The notes under the pieces: generated by a model
The model's input: only the letters and a program-made list of their open reading frames with translations
Told to the model about the DNA's origin: nothing
Database searches by the model: none
Source: Escherichia virus TH57
Length of the DNA stretch: 64,000 bases
Sequence record: MT446422.1
Strand: one strand, 5' to 3'
Translations under genes and position numbers: made by a program
In this document: one piece after another, positions 48,544 to 62,350 of the stretch
Position numbering within the stretch: the first letter of the stretch is position 1
Layout of the letters: every line of letters starts with the position of its first letter

Positions 48544-50117
48544 TAGAAATCCTCTTCTTCTTCTTCAGGGTTTTGGAAACGAGCCTCTTTGGACTCCAAT
48601 TCAATTTGCTTAGCTTCTTGATTAATTTCTTCATCAGACATCTGGAGGAAATCCTTCATAGCCGTTTGATGCGAAATATATTTACCGATAAACGGTTCAG
48701 CCATCGTTAGCATATTGATTCTGCGTTCCATGATTTCTGCGTCTTTCATTTCGGTGAAATAGCTATCACGGTTGAACGTAACTTTAATATTATTTAGTTC
48801 CTTTTCCCATTCCTCTTCTGAAATAATTTTTTTCAGGATAAGGTTGGTTTTAAGTGGGTCGAGGAAAACTTCTTCAAATTTATTCTGTAGCTGCCTAATC
48901 CATTTAGAGAAATTCAATTCATCGCGAGTAATTGTCGCGCCCGCATCAAACATAACACCACTGTTTTGGTCATTAGGGATACGAGATAATGGAATTCGGA
49001 GAGCTTGATATAGGTTGTTCTTAAACCAACGAACATCGTCCATATCCGACATGCCTTGTGCACCCGGGAGAGTGTCAACTTCGGTGACAGCTTTACCATC
49101 ACGACGTTGCAACCAATAGTCTTCTGTCATTGACATGTTGTGCTGTTGGTTTTTGATTTTACCCGTGGTTGCATCATATACGACACGGTTTTTCATCGTG
49201 TTCATAATATGTTGCATATGCGCTGCTGCTTTACGAGACGGCATATTCCCAGTATCGATATAAAAGACTCGGCGGTCTGGAGCACGAGTTATACGATAAA
49301 TGACTAAAGCATCTTCTAATAGTTTTAATTGGTTTGCAGGTTTAATTGCTCGTTGTAAGTATCCGATGATATTCTTGCCACAGCAATCAAGTAATCCAGA
49401 ATGCGCATATACAATCGCCGCACGAGGAATTTTTATTTTAGTACCTGCTTCATATATACGACCATCGGCACAATAACTTTCATGGCCAGTATCGTATACA
49501 AAATATTCTCTGTAACCGTCGACAATTTTTGTACCATTTTCCATGCGTGTAACGATTTCACGGATGAACTGGATTTGTCTTGGGTCGAGGCGACGAAGTT
49601 CTTGAACTCCATCTTTAAGTTTTGCTGGGTTGATAATTTTGTGGAAGAAAATTCGAGAATCCACATACCAACGTTTAAAGTGGTCAGAACCTTTACGCTC
49701 GAAATTAAGAAGGTTATTAACTTCCGCGAATTCTTCAAGGATTCGGTCTTTAATTTTCTGACTAAATTCGGTAGCATCAAGATTAAGAGCTACAACATCT
49801 TTACCGTCTTCAAAAACGATAGCATCAGACACAATTTCTTGCACCGCGTTATCAACTTCATAATTATTTAGTAAGTTGCGGTAGGTGTCAATTAATTCCC
49901 TGGTATTTTTTACTTCAGGTTCATTACTCCCGAACATCTGTTGCATCAATGCATTATACGGGACGTTTTGTTCTTGTGACTCAATTTCGCGAGCCCCATC
50001 GTCAAACTTCGGCCCGGTCATTGACTCTAAATTATTTTTTTCTTGTTGCTTATATTCTTGTTCATCTTCTTTAGCCCAAGGCTTAAGAAAATTTAGTATT
50101 GTGTTAAAACCTGCCAT
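48543..50117 (-). CDS. 20: portal vertex protein gp20
   Basis: 524 aa; same length and position as T4 gp20. Confidence 0.9.
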   Translation of the reverse strand: MAGFNTILNFLKPWAKEDEQEYKQQEKNNLESMTGPKFDDGAREIESQEQNVPYNALMQQMFGSNEPEVKNTRELIDTYRNLLNNYEVDNAVQEIVSDAIVFEDGKDVVALNLDATEFSQKIKDRILEEFAEVNNLLNFERKGSDHFKRWYVDSRIFFHKIINPAKLKDGVQELRRLDPRQIQFIREIVTRMENGTKIVDGYREYFVYDTGHESYCADGRIYEAGTKIKIPRAAIVYAHSGLLDCCGKNIIGYLQRAIKPANQLKLLEDALVIYRITRAPDRRVFYIDTGNMPSRKAAAHMQHIMNTMKNRVVYDATTGKIKNQQHNMSMTEDYWLQRRDGKAVTEVDTLPGAQGMSDMDDVRWFKNNLYQALRIPLSRIPNDQNSGVMFDAGATITRDELNFSKWIRQLQNKFEEVFLDPLKTNLILKKIISEEEWEKELNNIKVTFNRDSYFTEMKDAEIMERRINMLTMAEPFIGKYISHQTAMKDFLQMSDEEINQEAKQIELESKEARFQNPEEEEEDF

Positions 50118-50164
50118 TAGAGTCTCCGAAGTTTGGGAAATGAGGCCGAAGCCTCATAATAACT

Positions 50165-50172
50165 TTATTTAT
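50165..50172 (-). promoter_or_regulatory. T4 late promoter (TATAAATA) for gene 20
   Basis: Minus-strand TATAAATA ~48 nt upstream of the gene 20 ATG, with GAGGCTTCGGCCTC hairpin in the leader. Confidence 0.45.
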
Positions 50173-50174
50173 AC

Positions 50175-50666
50175 TTATTCCCACCAGTCAATTGCGAACG
50201 TAGTTTCGAATGTCTCAATCTCATTATTCGAATCCCAATCCATCTGGACTTCACCAACGTTAGTTGGCCACATGCCGGTGATAACAACTTCTTTCGTAAC
50301 GGTCTTGCCATCACGATGGAACTGGCGAACAGTAGCGGTTTTCTTATAATCAGCAGGAGCTGCACCGGTAATTTCGTTGGTCATACCGTGACACATATTT
50401 TGCCAATCAACAATTGCTTGACGAACTTTATGGGCATCGTCGTTATAAATCGTAATAGTCCAGTCATCAAATGTACGGTCTCCCGCAACGTTGATTTTAC
50501 GGTTCATGTAACCAACTGGTACTTTTTCTACAATGCCTGCTGGCATCGGTGCAGCTTTGCAATGGAAAGCAAAGTTTTTACCCAGGAATGGGATTTCGAC
50601 TTCGAACAGGTTAGGGCGAGCAAAGTCACCGGATTCGAAAGCGCGTGTGATATCGGTCAACTCCAT
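50175..50666 (-). CDS. 19: tail tube protein gp19
   Basis: Start at Met 18 (MELTDITRAFESGDFARPNLF); close match to T4 gp19. Confidence 0.9.
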   Translation of the reverse strand: MELTDITRAFESGDFARPNLFEVEIPFLGKNFAFHCKAAPMPAGIVEKVPVGYMNRKINVAGDRTFDDWTITIYNDDAHKVRQAIVDWQNMCHGMTNEITGAAPADYKKTATVRQFHRDGKTVTKEVVITGMWPTNVGEVQMDWDSNNEIETFETTFAIDWWE

Positions 50667-50718
50667 TAAGGAATCCTCTTTATAGACACAGGTCGCACGT
50701 ACGCGTCCCTGGTGCATG

Positions 50719-50726
50719 TATTTATA
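50719..50726 (-). promoter_or_regulatory. T4 late promoter (TATAAATA) for gene 19
   Basis: Minus-strand TATAAATA ~55 nt upstream of the chosen gene 19 start. Confidence 0.45.
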
Positions 50727-50801
50727 CTAGGTAATATGATTCATCAATAAATGTATTTAGGTCGCTGGGGGAGCTCTGAGGAGTCCGTAGAACCGATGAT
50801 A

Positions 50802-50827
50802 TGCTTTTATTTATAGCATTGTATAAT
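50802..50827 (+). promoter_or_regulatory. Middle-promoter-like element on the plus strand (antisense to the HNH gene); also reads as a minus-strand late promoter
   Basis: ATGCTTTT, 13 nt, TATAAT, then GGTTCTACGG resembling the conserved element; the same bases contain TATAAATA on the minus strand (50808-50815). Confidence 0.35.
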
Positions 50828-50861
50828 GGTTCTACGGTTTACTGCTTAATTACATTTACTG

Positions 50862-51467
50862 TCAGGATAATATATCCCATAAGTCAATACTATTTGATTT
50901 TCCTTTGGACCTATTAGATTCCCAAGTGACTATTTCTAAATTGTTGAGCGAAGCGATAACAGTCTCTGGTATATGATTATAAAATCCATACGCAATAGAA
51001 ACTTTATGGTCAAGTTGGTATGCACCTTCTTCCCCACATTTTCCTATCTTATCTGCATTTTCCCATGTTGACCAAATATTCTTTAGATGTTTTGCTCTTG
51101 TCAATGCATGAACACGTTGAGCGTACAAATAGAATTCACGCTTATTGCCTTTCCAGCTATGATGTTTTTCACCACGTTGCCATGGTCTTGGCACACCGCC
51201 TTGTGCAATAACATTCTTTTGTCCAATATCTTTTCTTGAACACGCCTTACATAAATGTTTATCAACGCGACGAAGCAACTGAATCCCTCGCTCAAAATGT
51301 ATCCCACATTCATCACAGGAACACTCAATCTTTTTATTACTATTATCTGGCATTTGTTCAACTGGAACAGAAATCACATCATGGTATGTTAGAGGTTTAC
51401 CTAAGTATTCGCTCCACCACTTTGCATGATTTCGTATTTGAACTTCAACAAATTTAGAAATAATCAC
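50862..51467 (-). CDS. HNH endonuclease-like protein with N-terminal Cys cluster
   Basis: 201 aa; zinc-finger-like CSCDECG ... CKACSRK; C-terminal HNH motif QLDHKVSIAYGF ... NLEIVTWESNRSKG; between genes 18 and 19. Confidence 0.6.
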   Translation of the reverse strand: MIISKFVEVQIRNHAKWWSEYLGKPLTYHDVISVPVEQMPDNSNKKIECSCDECGIHFERGIQLLRRVDKHLCKACSRKDIGQKNVIAQGGVPRPWQRGEKHHSWKGNKREFYLYAQRVHALTRAKHLKNIWSTWENADKIGKCGEEGAYQLDHKVSIAYGFYNHIPETVIASLNNLEIVTWESNRSKGKSNSIDLWDILS

Positions 51468-51534
51468 TTGTAAATCCTTGCGCGTATTTATATCATACGC
51501 GCATTATAACCCAAGTTAAATCAGAAGTAAAGTC

Positions 51535-53514
51535 TTATTGCACCCCAATCAGCTCATCAAAATCTGCACCAGTGCTAGTGGCTACGAAATTAAGCTGTAT
51601 ATAGTTAATACTGCGAGCGGGTTTATAATAAATGCTAGCAACAAACTCATTTCGGTCAATAACCGATGGGGTGTTGTTAGTAGTATCACAAACCACACGA
51701 CCTTCATAAATGCCACCGAGTGCACGAATACCATCCAAGTATTGAGAAGTTTCCATACGGAATGATGCACGAGTGAAGTTATCGTTAAGCTCAAACAGTT
51801 TATATTTGGATGCGTCACCGATATTTTTCTTCAGCATATTCGTAAGACGACGAACGTTAATATGGTCCATCGGAGATGGAACTTTAGTTGCAGTCTTATC
51901 ACCGTACAGAACAAAACCATCGCCACCTGCGAAACCAACAACCGGGTTGATAGCTTCCTGATACATACGGTCACGTTGGGTCTGACGTGGTTCGATTGCC
52001 AATTTCAGAACGTTCAGAATCTGACCACGGTTATAACCGGCTGGAGACATCCAAGGCTGAGAAATATCATCAGTACGAGCACACAGACCAGCCATATCAG
52101 CTGCCAGAGGAACCCAACGGTTCACGTCGTTATATTTATCATACTGATATTTATAGTTGCCATCAATGGCAGCATAAGTCGTGCTGATATTCATGTTATC
52201 AGTATCGAATGCACCGCTACCTGTACGCCAATCAATCAGGTTATCCACTGCACGGGTCAGAGGAACATTAACCAACAGGCCTTTCGGCGGGGAGATAAAT
52301 GCCAGGCAATCCTGACGTTCGTCAGCGATAGAAACTACGTGCTTCTGAACAGTGGAAGCAGTCGCATCACCTTCACCAGCTACTGCGCCAGCGATAAGCA
52401 GGTTAATATGCAGTGCTTCACGGTCAGCAAACAGGTCCCAACCTTGCATCAAATCACCAGCAGTAACCTGGTCGTTTGCAGAAATACCGCCCATCAGATT
52501 GATGATGCCTGCAAAGCCTTTTGGCCAGTTCAGAGAAGTCGCATAGATGTAATTGGAAGTACCTTTTGCAAAGTAGTCGTCCAGATAAATGTTGTTGCCG
52601 TAAACGTCTTTATCGCCTTCTTTAGTTGACAGAACAACGTTTTCAACGATAGCACCATCACGACGAACGATGATTGCATACTGGTCGTCAGACTGTGGTC
52701 CGTAGTTAAACACCGCACGAGCTACAGAAGCACGGGAACCGCCGCCTGGATAAATATCCAGCATCTTCGAAGCGCCAGCATCATAAGCAGCTTTGGAAAC
52801 GATTTCAACTTCGAGAGTCGAGCCGATTTCACCAGGATAAAGAGCAACAACACCTGGCATTGCATATTTCTGTAGGGAAGCCTGGAATTCCAGAGAGGTA
52901 ATAGCTTCTTCACTATTTTCCGCTTCGGTCAACAGGATACCAGAATCGGTAACAATTTTCCCGAGGGTAATCGTACCAGACACACCTGAAGAAGTGGTTA
53001 GGATTTCAGCAGTCCAAGCCGGGCCTAAAGCAGGATACTGGTTTACAGATTTTGCAAAGGCAATAATTTTGTCAGACGGAATGAAGACCGCAAGGATTTT
53101 CCCGTCAACGTCAACCTTGGTGATACGGCCAGCAGTTTCAACAACAGTCTGGTTGTGTTTAACCTGGATAACGTCACCGACTGCATAGTTAGAACCTGCA
53201 GTAGCGATTGTACTTTCGATGTTCCCTGCTACCGGGGATGCGTTTTTAGCAAATTCACGGTTAACAACACGAACGGTGCGCAGGTCATTACCATATTGAA
53301 GGAAATTCATTCCACTCATAAAGTAGTCAGCCGTAATATTGTTCGGGCCACCAAACAAATCGACAAGTTCCACTTCGTTTGTAATTTGAGTTACCTGGAA
53401 AGCTGGGCCCCACTGGAATTTACCAACCAGCGCCGCACGACCCGTCGCGTTACGAACAACAGTGCTTTGGACCGTTGTTTCTTTGAGCTCAATGCCCGGG
53501 GATAATAAAGCCAT
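51535..53514 (-). CDS. 18: tail sheath protein gp18
   Basis: 659 aa; close match to T4 gp18 over its whole length. Confidence 0.95.
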   Translation of the reverse strand: MALLSPGIELKETTVQSTVVRNATGRAALVGKFQWGPAFQVTQITNEVELVDLFGGPNNITADYFMSGMNFLQYGNDLRTVRVVNREFAKNASPVAGNIESTIATAGSNYAVGDVIQVKHNQTVVETAGRITKVDVDGKILAVFIPSDKIIAFAKSVNQYPALGPAWTAEILTTSSGVSGTITLGKIVTDSGILLTEAENSEEAITSLEFQASLQKYAMPGVVALYPGEIGSTLEVEIVSKAAYDAGASKMLDIYPGGGSRASVARAVFNYGPQSDDQYAIIVRRDGAIVENVVLSTKEGDKDVYGNNIYLDDYFAKGTSNYIYATSLNWPKGFAGIINLMGGISANDQVTAGDLMQGWDLFADREALHINLLIAGAVAGEGDATASTVQKHVVSIADERQDCLAFISPPKGLLVNVPLTRAVDNLIDWRTGSGAFDTDNMNISTTYAAIDGNYKYQYDKYNDVNRWVPLAADMAGLCARTDDISQPWMSPAGYNRGQILNVLKLAIEPRQTQRDRMYQEAINPVVGFAGGDGFVLYGDKTATKVPSPMDHINVRRLTNMLKKNIGDASKYKLFELNDNFTRASFRMETSQYLDGIRALGGIYEGRVVCDTTNNTPSVIDRNEFVASIYYKPARSINYIQLNFVATSTGADFDELIGVQ

Positions 53515-53543
53515 TTTGAGTCCTCTAATAGTTTGCTTTACTT

Positions 53544-55850
<2,307 letters not shown>

Positions 55851-55854
<4 letters not shown>

Positions 55855-56726
55855 AATGATACCCTATTTTTTCTTGGAGCTGGAGGTGCTGGGTCAACCG
55901 GTACAGGAATATCCTGCGAATAGGTTTGAACAGATTCGCCTTGCCAGTCTTCTTGGTCGACGTCTCGTGGAACGGCTTCCGAGTCAACAGATTCGAAATT
56001 ACCTTCCGGTGCAAGCTCTCTGGAATTTGCAAAGAAGTCAAGATAGATAGTACGGATTTCCCCGGCTACTTCCTTGACCGGTGGATATAACCAACCGTTA
56101 ACTTCGAACATAATGGACCATTCGAGTCTACGACGAGTCATTGCATCACCTTCAATTTGCTCATCCATTGCTATGGACTGCAATACAATTCTTATATCAC
56201 GTTCGAACGTAATTTCATTCGTATAAAGTTCTGTGATAGTTGTATTAAAATGTGGCTGGAAGTAAGGCATGATTTGTTCAATAATCTGGAACATATCATC
56301 TTGATGCCTTGTATATATTCCAAGCTCGAAAATCATTTTGACCGGTACAGGAGAATATTGAGATATCTGCTTGCGAGGGTCGTTATTAGCAAATCGCGCC
56401 TGTGTGTGATTCTGGAGAGCCGTTTTATATTGCCCGTTATACATCAAGTCAACCATATGCAGGTTCATACGGGGCAATACGGTCTCGATTTTAGCCTTCT
56501 GAGCAGCACGTTCTTGTGGTGACATGTCAGGAGTCGGTGTATTCTGAATAGCGGTCCATTTTCCAAGCTGCATCATGAATTTTTCTTTTGAAGCATAAGA
56601 AATAGGGACCTTAATATATTTAAGTCCAGTGTCTTCTCTGGTTCTGGCCACTTGTACATGGGAAAATAAATCGCCCATTAAAACGATATAGCGACGCAGA
56701 GACGAATTATAAAAATGCCCAAACAA
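55851..56726 (-). CDS. 15: tail sheath stabiliser / tail completion protein gp15
   Basis: 291 aa; [22 protein letters not shown] match T4 gp15. Confidence 0.85.
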
Positions 56727-56769
56727 AGTAACCTCCAGACGCCCAGTTCGGGCGCATTAATAAATGTAT

Positions 56770-57555
56770 TTATTCATCAAAGAAACTATCGTCAAAGCTG
56801 TCCTGTTTTGCTTTAGGTGGAGCCTCAAGACCACGACCATTCTGCACAAAATACGGTTTAACATATTCAGCTGCTTCTGCGTTAATCTCATTGGATTCAG
56901 CATAAGGGATATCGCTGATATCTGTAAGACCATCGATATTGTGGATTGGTTGCAAATCGAGCTCACTGAATTCTGGAATATTAATACCTTCATTTCGTTG
57001 CAATTCAGGTTTAAGCTCTTCCCCGGAGTAAATGTATTTGCTCGCAGTGATTTTACGAATGGCGTTTTGGCCTACCTGATAGAATGGGTCATAAGGTTGC
57101 ACCCATGTTATTTCAAACAGGCTGTTATCGAGAGGGAAATAAATCAAATCCCCGGCAATAGGTTCAGTTCCGTTGCATTGATGTTTAAACAGGTTAGGGT
57201 TAATCGATATTGTAATTTCATCGTTCACAGTCATACCGAATTTACTAAAGATAGAACCATCACCCTGATATGCATCAAACGTATCCAGATATCCAGCAAA
57301 TTTCCATGCTTTATCAAATTTACTCTGGAGGTCTTCACCGAATAACAAATCAGGTTTAACGAATTGTCTTGGGATATAATAGAGAGACATCCCACGCATC
57401 TGAATACTTTCAGCAACGATAGCATCAGCTAAAGTCTGGGTATTTTCATGATGCATAAAGTTTACATAAGGGTTCAATATCTCTGTAGCATTAGTATTGT
57501 CATACCCGGTCCCGTCTTCGAGCCGGGCGAATAATCTTGAGTCATAAGTAGCCAT
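56770..57555 (-). CDS. 14: neck protein gp14
   Basis: 261 aa; synteny 13-14-15. Confidence 0.8.
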   Translation of the reverse strand: MATYDSRLFARLEDGTGYDNTNATEILNPYVNFMHHENTQTLADAIVAESIQMRGMSLYYIPRQFVKPDLLFGEDLQSKFDKAWKFAGYLDTFDAYQGDGSIFSKFGMTVNDEITISINPNLFKHQCNGTEPIAGDLIYFPLDNSLFEITWVQPYDPFYQVGQNAIRKITASKYIYSGEELKPELQRNEGINIPEFSELDLQPIHNIDGLTDISDIPYAESNEINAEAAEYVKPYFVQNGRGLEAPPKAKQDSFDDSFFDE

Positions 57556-58493
57556 TAGCCCACCAATATAGGAGTCGGTGCATCCAGCAGGTCAAGTTCT
57601 TCGCGGAGACGTTCTTTTTCCATGCGAGCTTCTTCGATTAAACGGACACCATCAACCGTGGTACCACCTGGCATCATCATCCCTTGGTGTTTAGCCAATA
57701 CGTTGCCGTTAACTTCCTTAACGAGCGCCGTGGCATAGTCTTTCACCCAACGGTTATTGTATGCACCATCTTGAAGACCAAGGTCCTCACCGGCTCTCAT
57801 ACCGCTTATTCTGCGCGCAGGGTTATCCCACTGCGCACCAGCATTCCATGGATTTGAACAATCACCGGAAGCATAGCCGTAACCTGCAGTATTGCTGGCC
57901 ATTGCATCAACACCATTAAAGGATTTGGTGTAAACTTCAATTACAATCACATCTCCCTGACGGAAGTTGCCCATAATTTTAAGTTGTTCAGTATCGTCGT
58001 TATACCAGTAATCGGGAAGCGGAACCATCAAGTCTTGCATCATTGAACGATATTGCATAAGCTGTGTAAAATAACCAAGGTCTGCCCCAAAAGCATTTGG
58101 GCCAAAGCTATTACATGAACTTCCCATCCCACCATTAATTCCGGCGAGTCCCAGAACAAAATCCGTAAACCATGGATATGTTGCTTGACCGTCCATCGAA
58201 GTTAATGAACCGACGTTAGTACGAATAATCTGTGTTACTGCAAAAATATTACGTCCTTTTAAATCGAAAACACCATCACGGAATTTCTGTTGTGAAACTT
58301 CATCATGACCGATATAAAAAGCCTGATATCCTTTGTTATAACCATTATAATGATATTCGCCATATAATTCTAATGCACGCTGGATGCAATCATAAACCTG
58401 TTCGGTCGTGACTTCGATATTCGTGATTGGAGCACCAAGACGACGAAGGATTGCATCTTTTAATTGTTTTGGGTTGTATGATTCAGTTGCCAT
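57555..58493 (-). CDS. 13: neck protein gp13
   Basis: 312 aa; synteny. Confidence 0.8.
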   Translation of the reverse strand: MATESYNPKQLKDAILRRLGAPITNIEVTTEQVYDCIQRALELYGEYHYNGYNKGYQAFYIGHDEVSQQKFRDGVFDLKGRNIFAVTQIIRTNVGSLTSMDGQATYPWFTDFVLGLAGINGGMGSSCNSFGPNAFGADLGYFTQLMQYRSMMQDLMVPLPDYWYNDDTEQLKIMGNFRQGDVIVIEVYTKSFNGVDAMASNTAGYGYASGDCSNPWNAGAQWDNPARRISGMRAGEDLGLQDGAYNNRWVKDYATALVKEVNGNVLAKHQGMMMPGGTTVDGVRLIEEARMEKERLREELDLLDAPTPILVG

Positions 58494-58511
58494 ATGTTTT
58501 CCTCTTTACTG

Positions 58512-58519
58512 TATTTATA
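58512..58519 (-). promoter_or_regulatory. T4 late promoter (TATAAATA) for gene 13
   Basis: Minus-strand TATAAATA ~20 nt upstream of the gene 13 ATG. Confidence 0.5.
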
Positions 58520-58521
58520 CG

Positions 58522-58544
58522 AAAAAAGGGCCGAAGCCCTTTTG
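58522..58544. terminator. Hairpin terminator downstream of wac
   Basis: A-run, GGGCCGAAGCCC, T-run; reads as hairpin plus T-run on the minus strand after wac. Confidence 0.6.
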
Positions 58545-60122
58545 TTATGGTCCAACAGTCACGAATGTCGACAAAAGAACCCATGCATTATCAACGAGCA
58601 CATAAGGGAGTCCGTCAGCCGTAGGAGCAACAGGAGGCCTTTTGGCGAGTTCTGTTTCTAAGGCTAATACTTTACCTTCAAGTTCAGTTATCTTCGTCTC
58701 GGCTTCATCGGTGCGCGTTTCGATACCATCCACACGCAATGTCAGAGCAGATACATCACCACCTACGATTTCGGCCCAAGCACCGTCACGGCGACCATAT
58801 ATCTTCGTATCAGATGGAGCGTCACTAAGCTTAGTCGGCATTTCATTGGCCAGACCTTCGACAGTCGGGAGAATACCTTTTTCAGCAACAGTCGAACCGT
58901 TTGGGTTAGTTCCGTCGATTTGTGATTTAATCGTTAGGATAGAACCTTTGATACCTGACTGATTGTTACCGATTTCAGCCTGAATATCCTGAATGGCCGC
59001 GGCATTTGCGCGACTAGAAGTTTCGACTTCACGCATACGCGGAATCAAGGAAGTTGGTGCAGGGCTATCGCTAATACCTACTGCAACGTTAAGGGCAACA
59101 ACTTGTCCCTGCAAACCGCTGCTTGTATTTTCCCCGATAACAACACGAACACCTGTCATATCGTCGCGCAACGTTTTTAGACGTCCATTAATTGAAGTAG
59201 GTTCGGCATCGGTACCAATATCAGTTTCAACCTTTGACAATCTTGTATTCATACCAGATGTGGTATTTTCTAAATTTGTTGCCTTGGTTTCCAGAGTCCC
59301 GACACGGTTTGCGATACTTTGACCTTGACCAAAACCAATTGCAGTTTTGATATTCCCTATGTCAGTTTCATTGGTTCCGGCTTTAGCTTCAACCGCAGTT
59401 AAACGAGTATAAACAGGAGATTTACCAATACCTTCTGTACGCGGACCTAATTCTTCGCGTATCTCATTTAATTTAATCGTGAGACCACCCACATCAGAAT
59501 CATTGTAATTTTCCTCGAGAATAGTAAGACGACGTTGCGTGGTTGCAATTGCTGTACTGTTATCGATGATAATACGTTTCATCCCGGTGGCATCATTGGT
59601 TTCGCCTTCAGGCAACGGGTCGCCATTGATATCTTGGTTTGCATAATGACCCATTTCACGCTTAATACGGTTAATATTGGCACGAACGGTCAAATATGGT
59701 CCATCTTCCAGCGGGTTATAATAACCAACATCTTCCTGTAATTCACCGAGATTTGTGCCGGTATCAAGTAAAGCAATATCAGTTTCGGCTAAACCAGTTT
59801 GGAGGTCAACAATATTTTTACGGTTGGTTTCAATCTGTTGAATAACGCTTGCATCAGTGGAAATCTCCAGAGCTTCTTTAATCTGGTTAACACTATCGAC
59901 TATTTCGTTTACTTTGTCCTTAGTGGTCGTGTCATTCTTTTCCAGAGTTTCAACGTTGGTCTGTACGCCCAAAGCGGCGGCATTAAGGGCACCATCGTGC
60001 CCGTATTTGGTAGTGGCTGCAGTTAAGCAATCACCGTTGCGAATCCATTCAATTCGTTTCTGGTCAGCTTCTGGTACACCATCGACAAACGGAAGATTTG
60101 CTAATTCTAATTTGTTAATCAT
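58545..60122 (-). CDS. wac: fibritin (whisker) protein Wac
   Basis: 525 aa, extended coiled-coil segments; C-terminal foldon-like DGLPYVLVDNAWVLLSTF. Confidence 0.85.
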   Translation of the reverse strand: MINKLELANLPFVDGVPEADQKRIEWIRNGDCLTAATTKYGHDGALNAAALGVQTNVETLEKNDTTTKDKVNEIVDSVNQIKEALEISTDASVIQQIETNRKNIVDLQTGLAETDIALLDTGTNLGELQEDVGYYNPLEDGPYLTVRANINRIKREMGHYANQDINGDPLPEGETNDATGMKRIIIDNSTAIATTQRRLTILEENYNDSDVGGLTIKLNEIREELGPRTEGIGKSPVYTRLTAVEAKAGTNETDIGNIKTAIGFGQGQSIANRVGTLETKATNLENTTSGMNTRLSKVETDIGTDAEPTSINGRLKTLRDDMTGVRVVIGENTSSGLQGQVVALNVAVGISDSPAPTSLIPRMREVETSSRANAAAIQDIQAEIGNNQSGIKGSILTIKSQIDGTNPNGSTVAEKGILPTVEGLANEMPTKLSDAPSDTKIYGRRDGAWAEIVGGDVSALTLRVDGIETRTDEAETKITELEGKVLALETELAKRPPVAPTADGLPYVLVDNAWVLLSTFVTVGP

Positions 60123-60131
60123 TTTTATTCC

Positions 60132-61667
60132 TTATCTGACCTTAATAATAAAAAGAATGGACATGGACCATGGGCGGCTTTCATTACCTATCAGACCTTC
60201 GCTGTTTAATGTAGTTCGAGAATCACGGCTACCAGCGCTATCGATTTCATAACCTTCGTTCGTAAAATAAGAACGGTTATCCCAGTCCAAACCTTTACGA
60301 GTGCCTGCATAGTTTGAACGAACTGTGTTACCAAATGCACCAGCATTATCATGTTCACCAAAACCACCGGCGTGCTTGTGGAAACGGAGTTGTTGCGCCT
60401 GTACTGTACCGTGACCATATGAACCAACACCTTGACCCAATTTAGGTTTTTGTTTGGAATCATTTCCCTTGGCGTTTCTTATATTAATGTTTGTTTCCCA
60501 TTCCTTCATAGCCCCATCGTTAGAACTGTTGGAACCACGAGGAAACAATCCACGAAAATCTGGCTTATTGCCAGTTGCGCCCCATTTACTACCAACGACA
60601 TTTCGGAAACCAGCATCACCGACATTACCACCGTCACAAATTTCCCAACCAGAAGGAATATTACCAGTTTGGCCACCCCACATAATAATAGTTCCGATTG
60701 GCACACTATCTTTTAGTTCGTTACGGGTTACAACATCCTGACCATTTCTGCGTAAAGTTCCATTAACGTTAAGAGTTCCATTAATTGTACCGCCACCAGT
60801 CGAAATGACGTTTGCATTATATGCAAGAGCTGTATTGCCATCACCTGAGCCAACAGTAGTGGTCAGTTTGACAATGCCAAGTCGTCCGGTATTACCAGTT
60901 TTTGCCTGAAGAGCTTGTGGAGTAATTGCTTTTGTTGCATCCGTACCTGTAATTGCTTCAGCACTGGAAGCCAATTGGACCAACCCTCGGCGGGAGGCAT
61001 TTGCAGTCAATGAAATAAGTCCAAGTGGAGAAACTGCCACACCGTTATTCATTGCACCAGCTTGAACCTCGGCCGGGGTTGCAATTTTAACAATCCCCTG
61101 TACAGTGGTTGTTGCTGCGCTATAAGTTGGAAGAGCTGCAGTTGCTGCACCGATGGCCAATGAAACCTTCAAAGGAGTCATGGCCGTTGTATCATCTGTT
61201 CCTGCTAGAGCTGCGGCTTGAGTCGAAATCTTAATTACACCATTACGGTCTTCTGTAGAAGTGCGGGTATTAAATGTATTATCAATAGAAGCTTTAAGAC
61301 TTGATGGAACAATAGCTGCATCGGTTACTGTACCATCAATAGCTTCTGCATCGGTTGCGTAACGGGTAATTCCGACAACAGTCTCTGTGGCCTGGGTTGG
61401 AATACTCAAACGAGCTTTAAGAGTTTCGGGGGTTACCGCAGTGTTATTGCCTATGCCATCAATAACTTCTTGTTCGGTCGCCAGGCGAATAATACCTGGT
61501 ACTGCAACCGTAGATTCTGGGATAAATCCATCAATAGCAATAGGAGCCAAAGCTCCCAATGCTTCCTGAACATTTGTTACTGACGGAGGAAATGAAGTTC
61601 CCGTTGGGTCAAATGTTTTATATTCGGATTTATCGCTAATATGTTTTAGCGTGTTAGTCGTTGTCAT
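60132..61667 (-). CDS. 12: short tail fibre protein gp12
   Basis: 511 aa; FDPTGTSFPP, LATEQEVIDG, C-terminal HKHAGGFGE...GNTVRSNYAGTRKGLDWDNRSYFTNEGYEID match T4 gp12. Confidence 0.9.
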   Translation of the reverse strand: MTTTNTLKHISDKSEYKTFDPTGTSFPPSVTNVQEALGALAPIAIDGFIPESTVAVPGIIRLATEQEVIDGIGNNTAVTPETLKARLSIPTQATETVVGITRYATDAEAIDGTVTDAAIVPSSLKASIDNTFNTRTSTEDRNGVIKISTQAAALAGTDDTTAMTPLKVSLAIGAATAALPTYSAATTTVQGIVKIATPAEVQAGAMNNGVAVSPLGLISLTANASRRGLVQLASSAEAITGTDATKAITPQALQAKTGNTGRLGIVKLTTTVGSGDGNTALAYNANVISTGGGTINGTLNVNGTLRRNGQDVVTRNELKDSVPIGTIIMWGGQTGNIPSGWEICDGGNVGDAGFRNVVGSKWGATGNKPDFRGLFPRGSNSSNDGAMKEWETNINIRNAKGNDSKQKPKLGQGVGSYGHGTVQAQQLRFHKHAGGFGEHDNAGAFGNTVRSNYAGTRKGLDWDNRSYFTNEGYEIDSAGSRDSRTTLNSEGLIGNESRPWSMSILFIIKVR

Positions 61668-62350
61668 TAGTAGACTCGCTTATAGTAGTAAAGAGATGTT
61701 GGACCATTAACCGAACCACCTTGCAAGGTTACATCTTGTGCGCCAAGATATTCCCATTGTCCATACCCGGCACGTGGTTGTTGAACAATAGTTTGTTCCA
61801 TAACGCAACCATATTGGGATTTGGTTTCAAATATATGATTCTGATAGTCGTTATATGTAATATTTAATATAGACTGGTCCAGTGCATCAATTGATGTTTC
61901 CGCAAGAATAAGACCTTGTGAAATCGCAGTCAAAAGAACATCATTGACCTTCGATGCAACCAGCACGCTTGAGTCACCAACAATAACTTCTACCGGGAAA
62001 CCGAATACTTTAATAAGCACGGTTGCGCCAAGAGTTTCACCAGAAATAGACCCAGTGAACTTAATTTTATCAGACTGACTAATAAATCCAGGGGCGGTAT
62101 TCTCATGACGAGTAATTATCGAACCAACAGGAAGTTCAGCACGAAATGCAATATCATCAATTGCACTTTGGACTGTTGGATAGAATACACCATCATTTGT
62201 CTGGTTAGCAGACGGACCACCGATATAGCGGTTACCCGCTACAGCAGTGGAATCAGTAGTTGTATAATCAAACTGGAGGTAACCAGCATGGCGAGATATT
62301 ACACTCGCCTTTTTATTTGTCAACGTAGTCATTATGCAATCCTTACCCAA
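61667..62350 (-). CDS. 11: baseplate wedge / tail pin protein gp11
   Basis: 227 aa; synteny between 10 and 12. Confidence 0.8.
   Translation of the reverse strand: MGKDCIMTTLTNKKASVISRHAGYLQFDYTTTDSTAVAGNRYIGGPSANQTNDGVFYPTVQSAIDDIAFRAELPVGSIITRHENTAPGFISQSDKIKFTGSISGETLGATVLIKVFGFPVEVIVGDSSVLVASKVNDVLLTAISQGLILAETSIDALDQSILNITYNDYQNHIFETKSQYGCVMEQTIVQQPRAGYGQWEYLGAQDVTLQGGSVNGPTSLYYYKRVY

Noticed and set aside
51862-52629. 255-aa plus-strand ORF antisense to gene 18
   Set aside because: Shadow ORF within the tail sheath gene.
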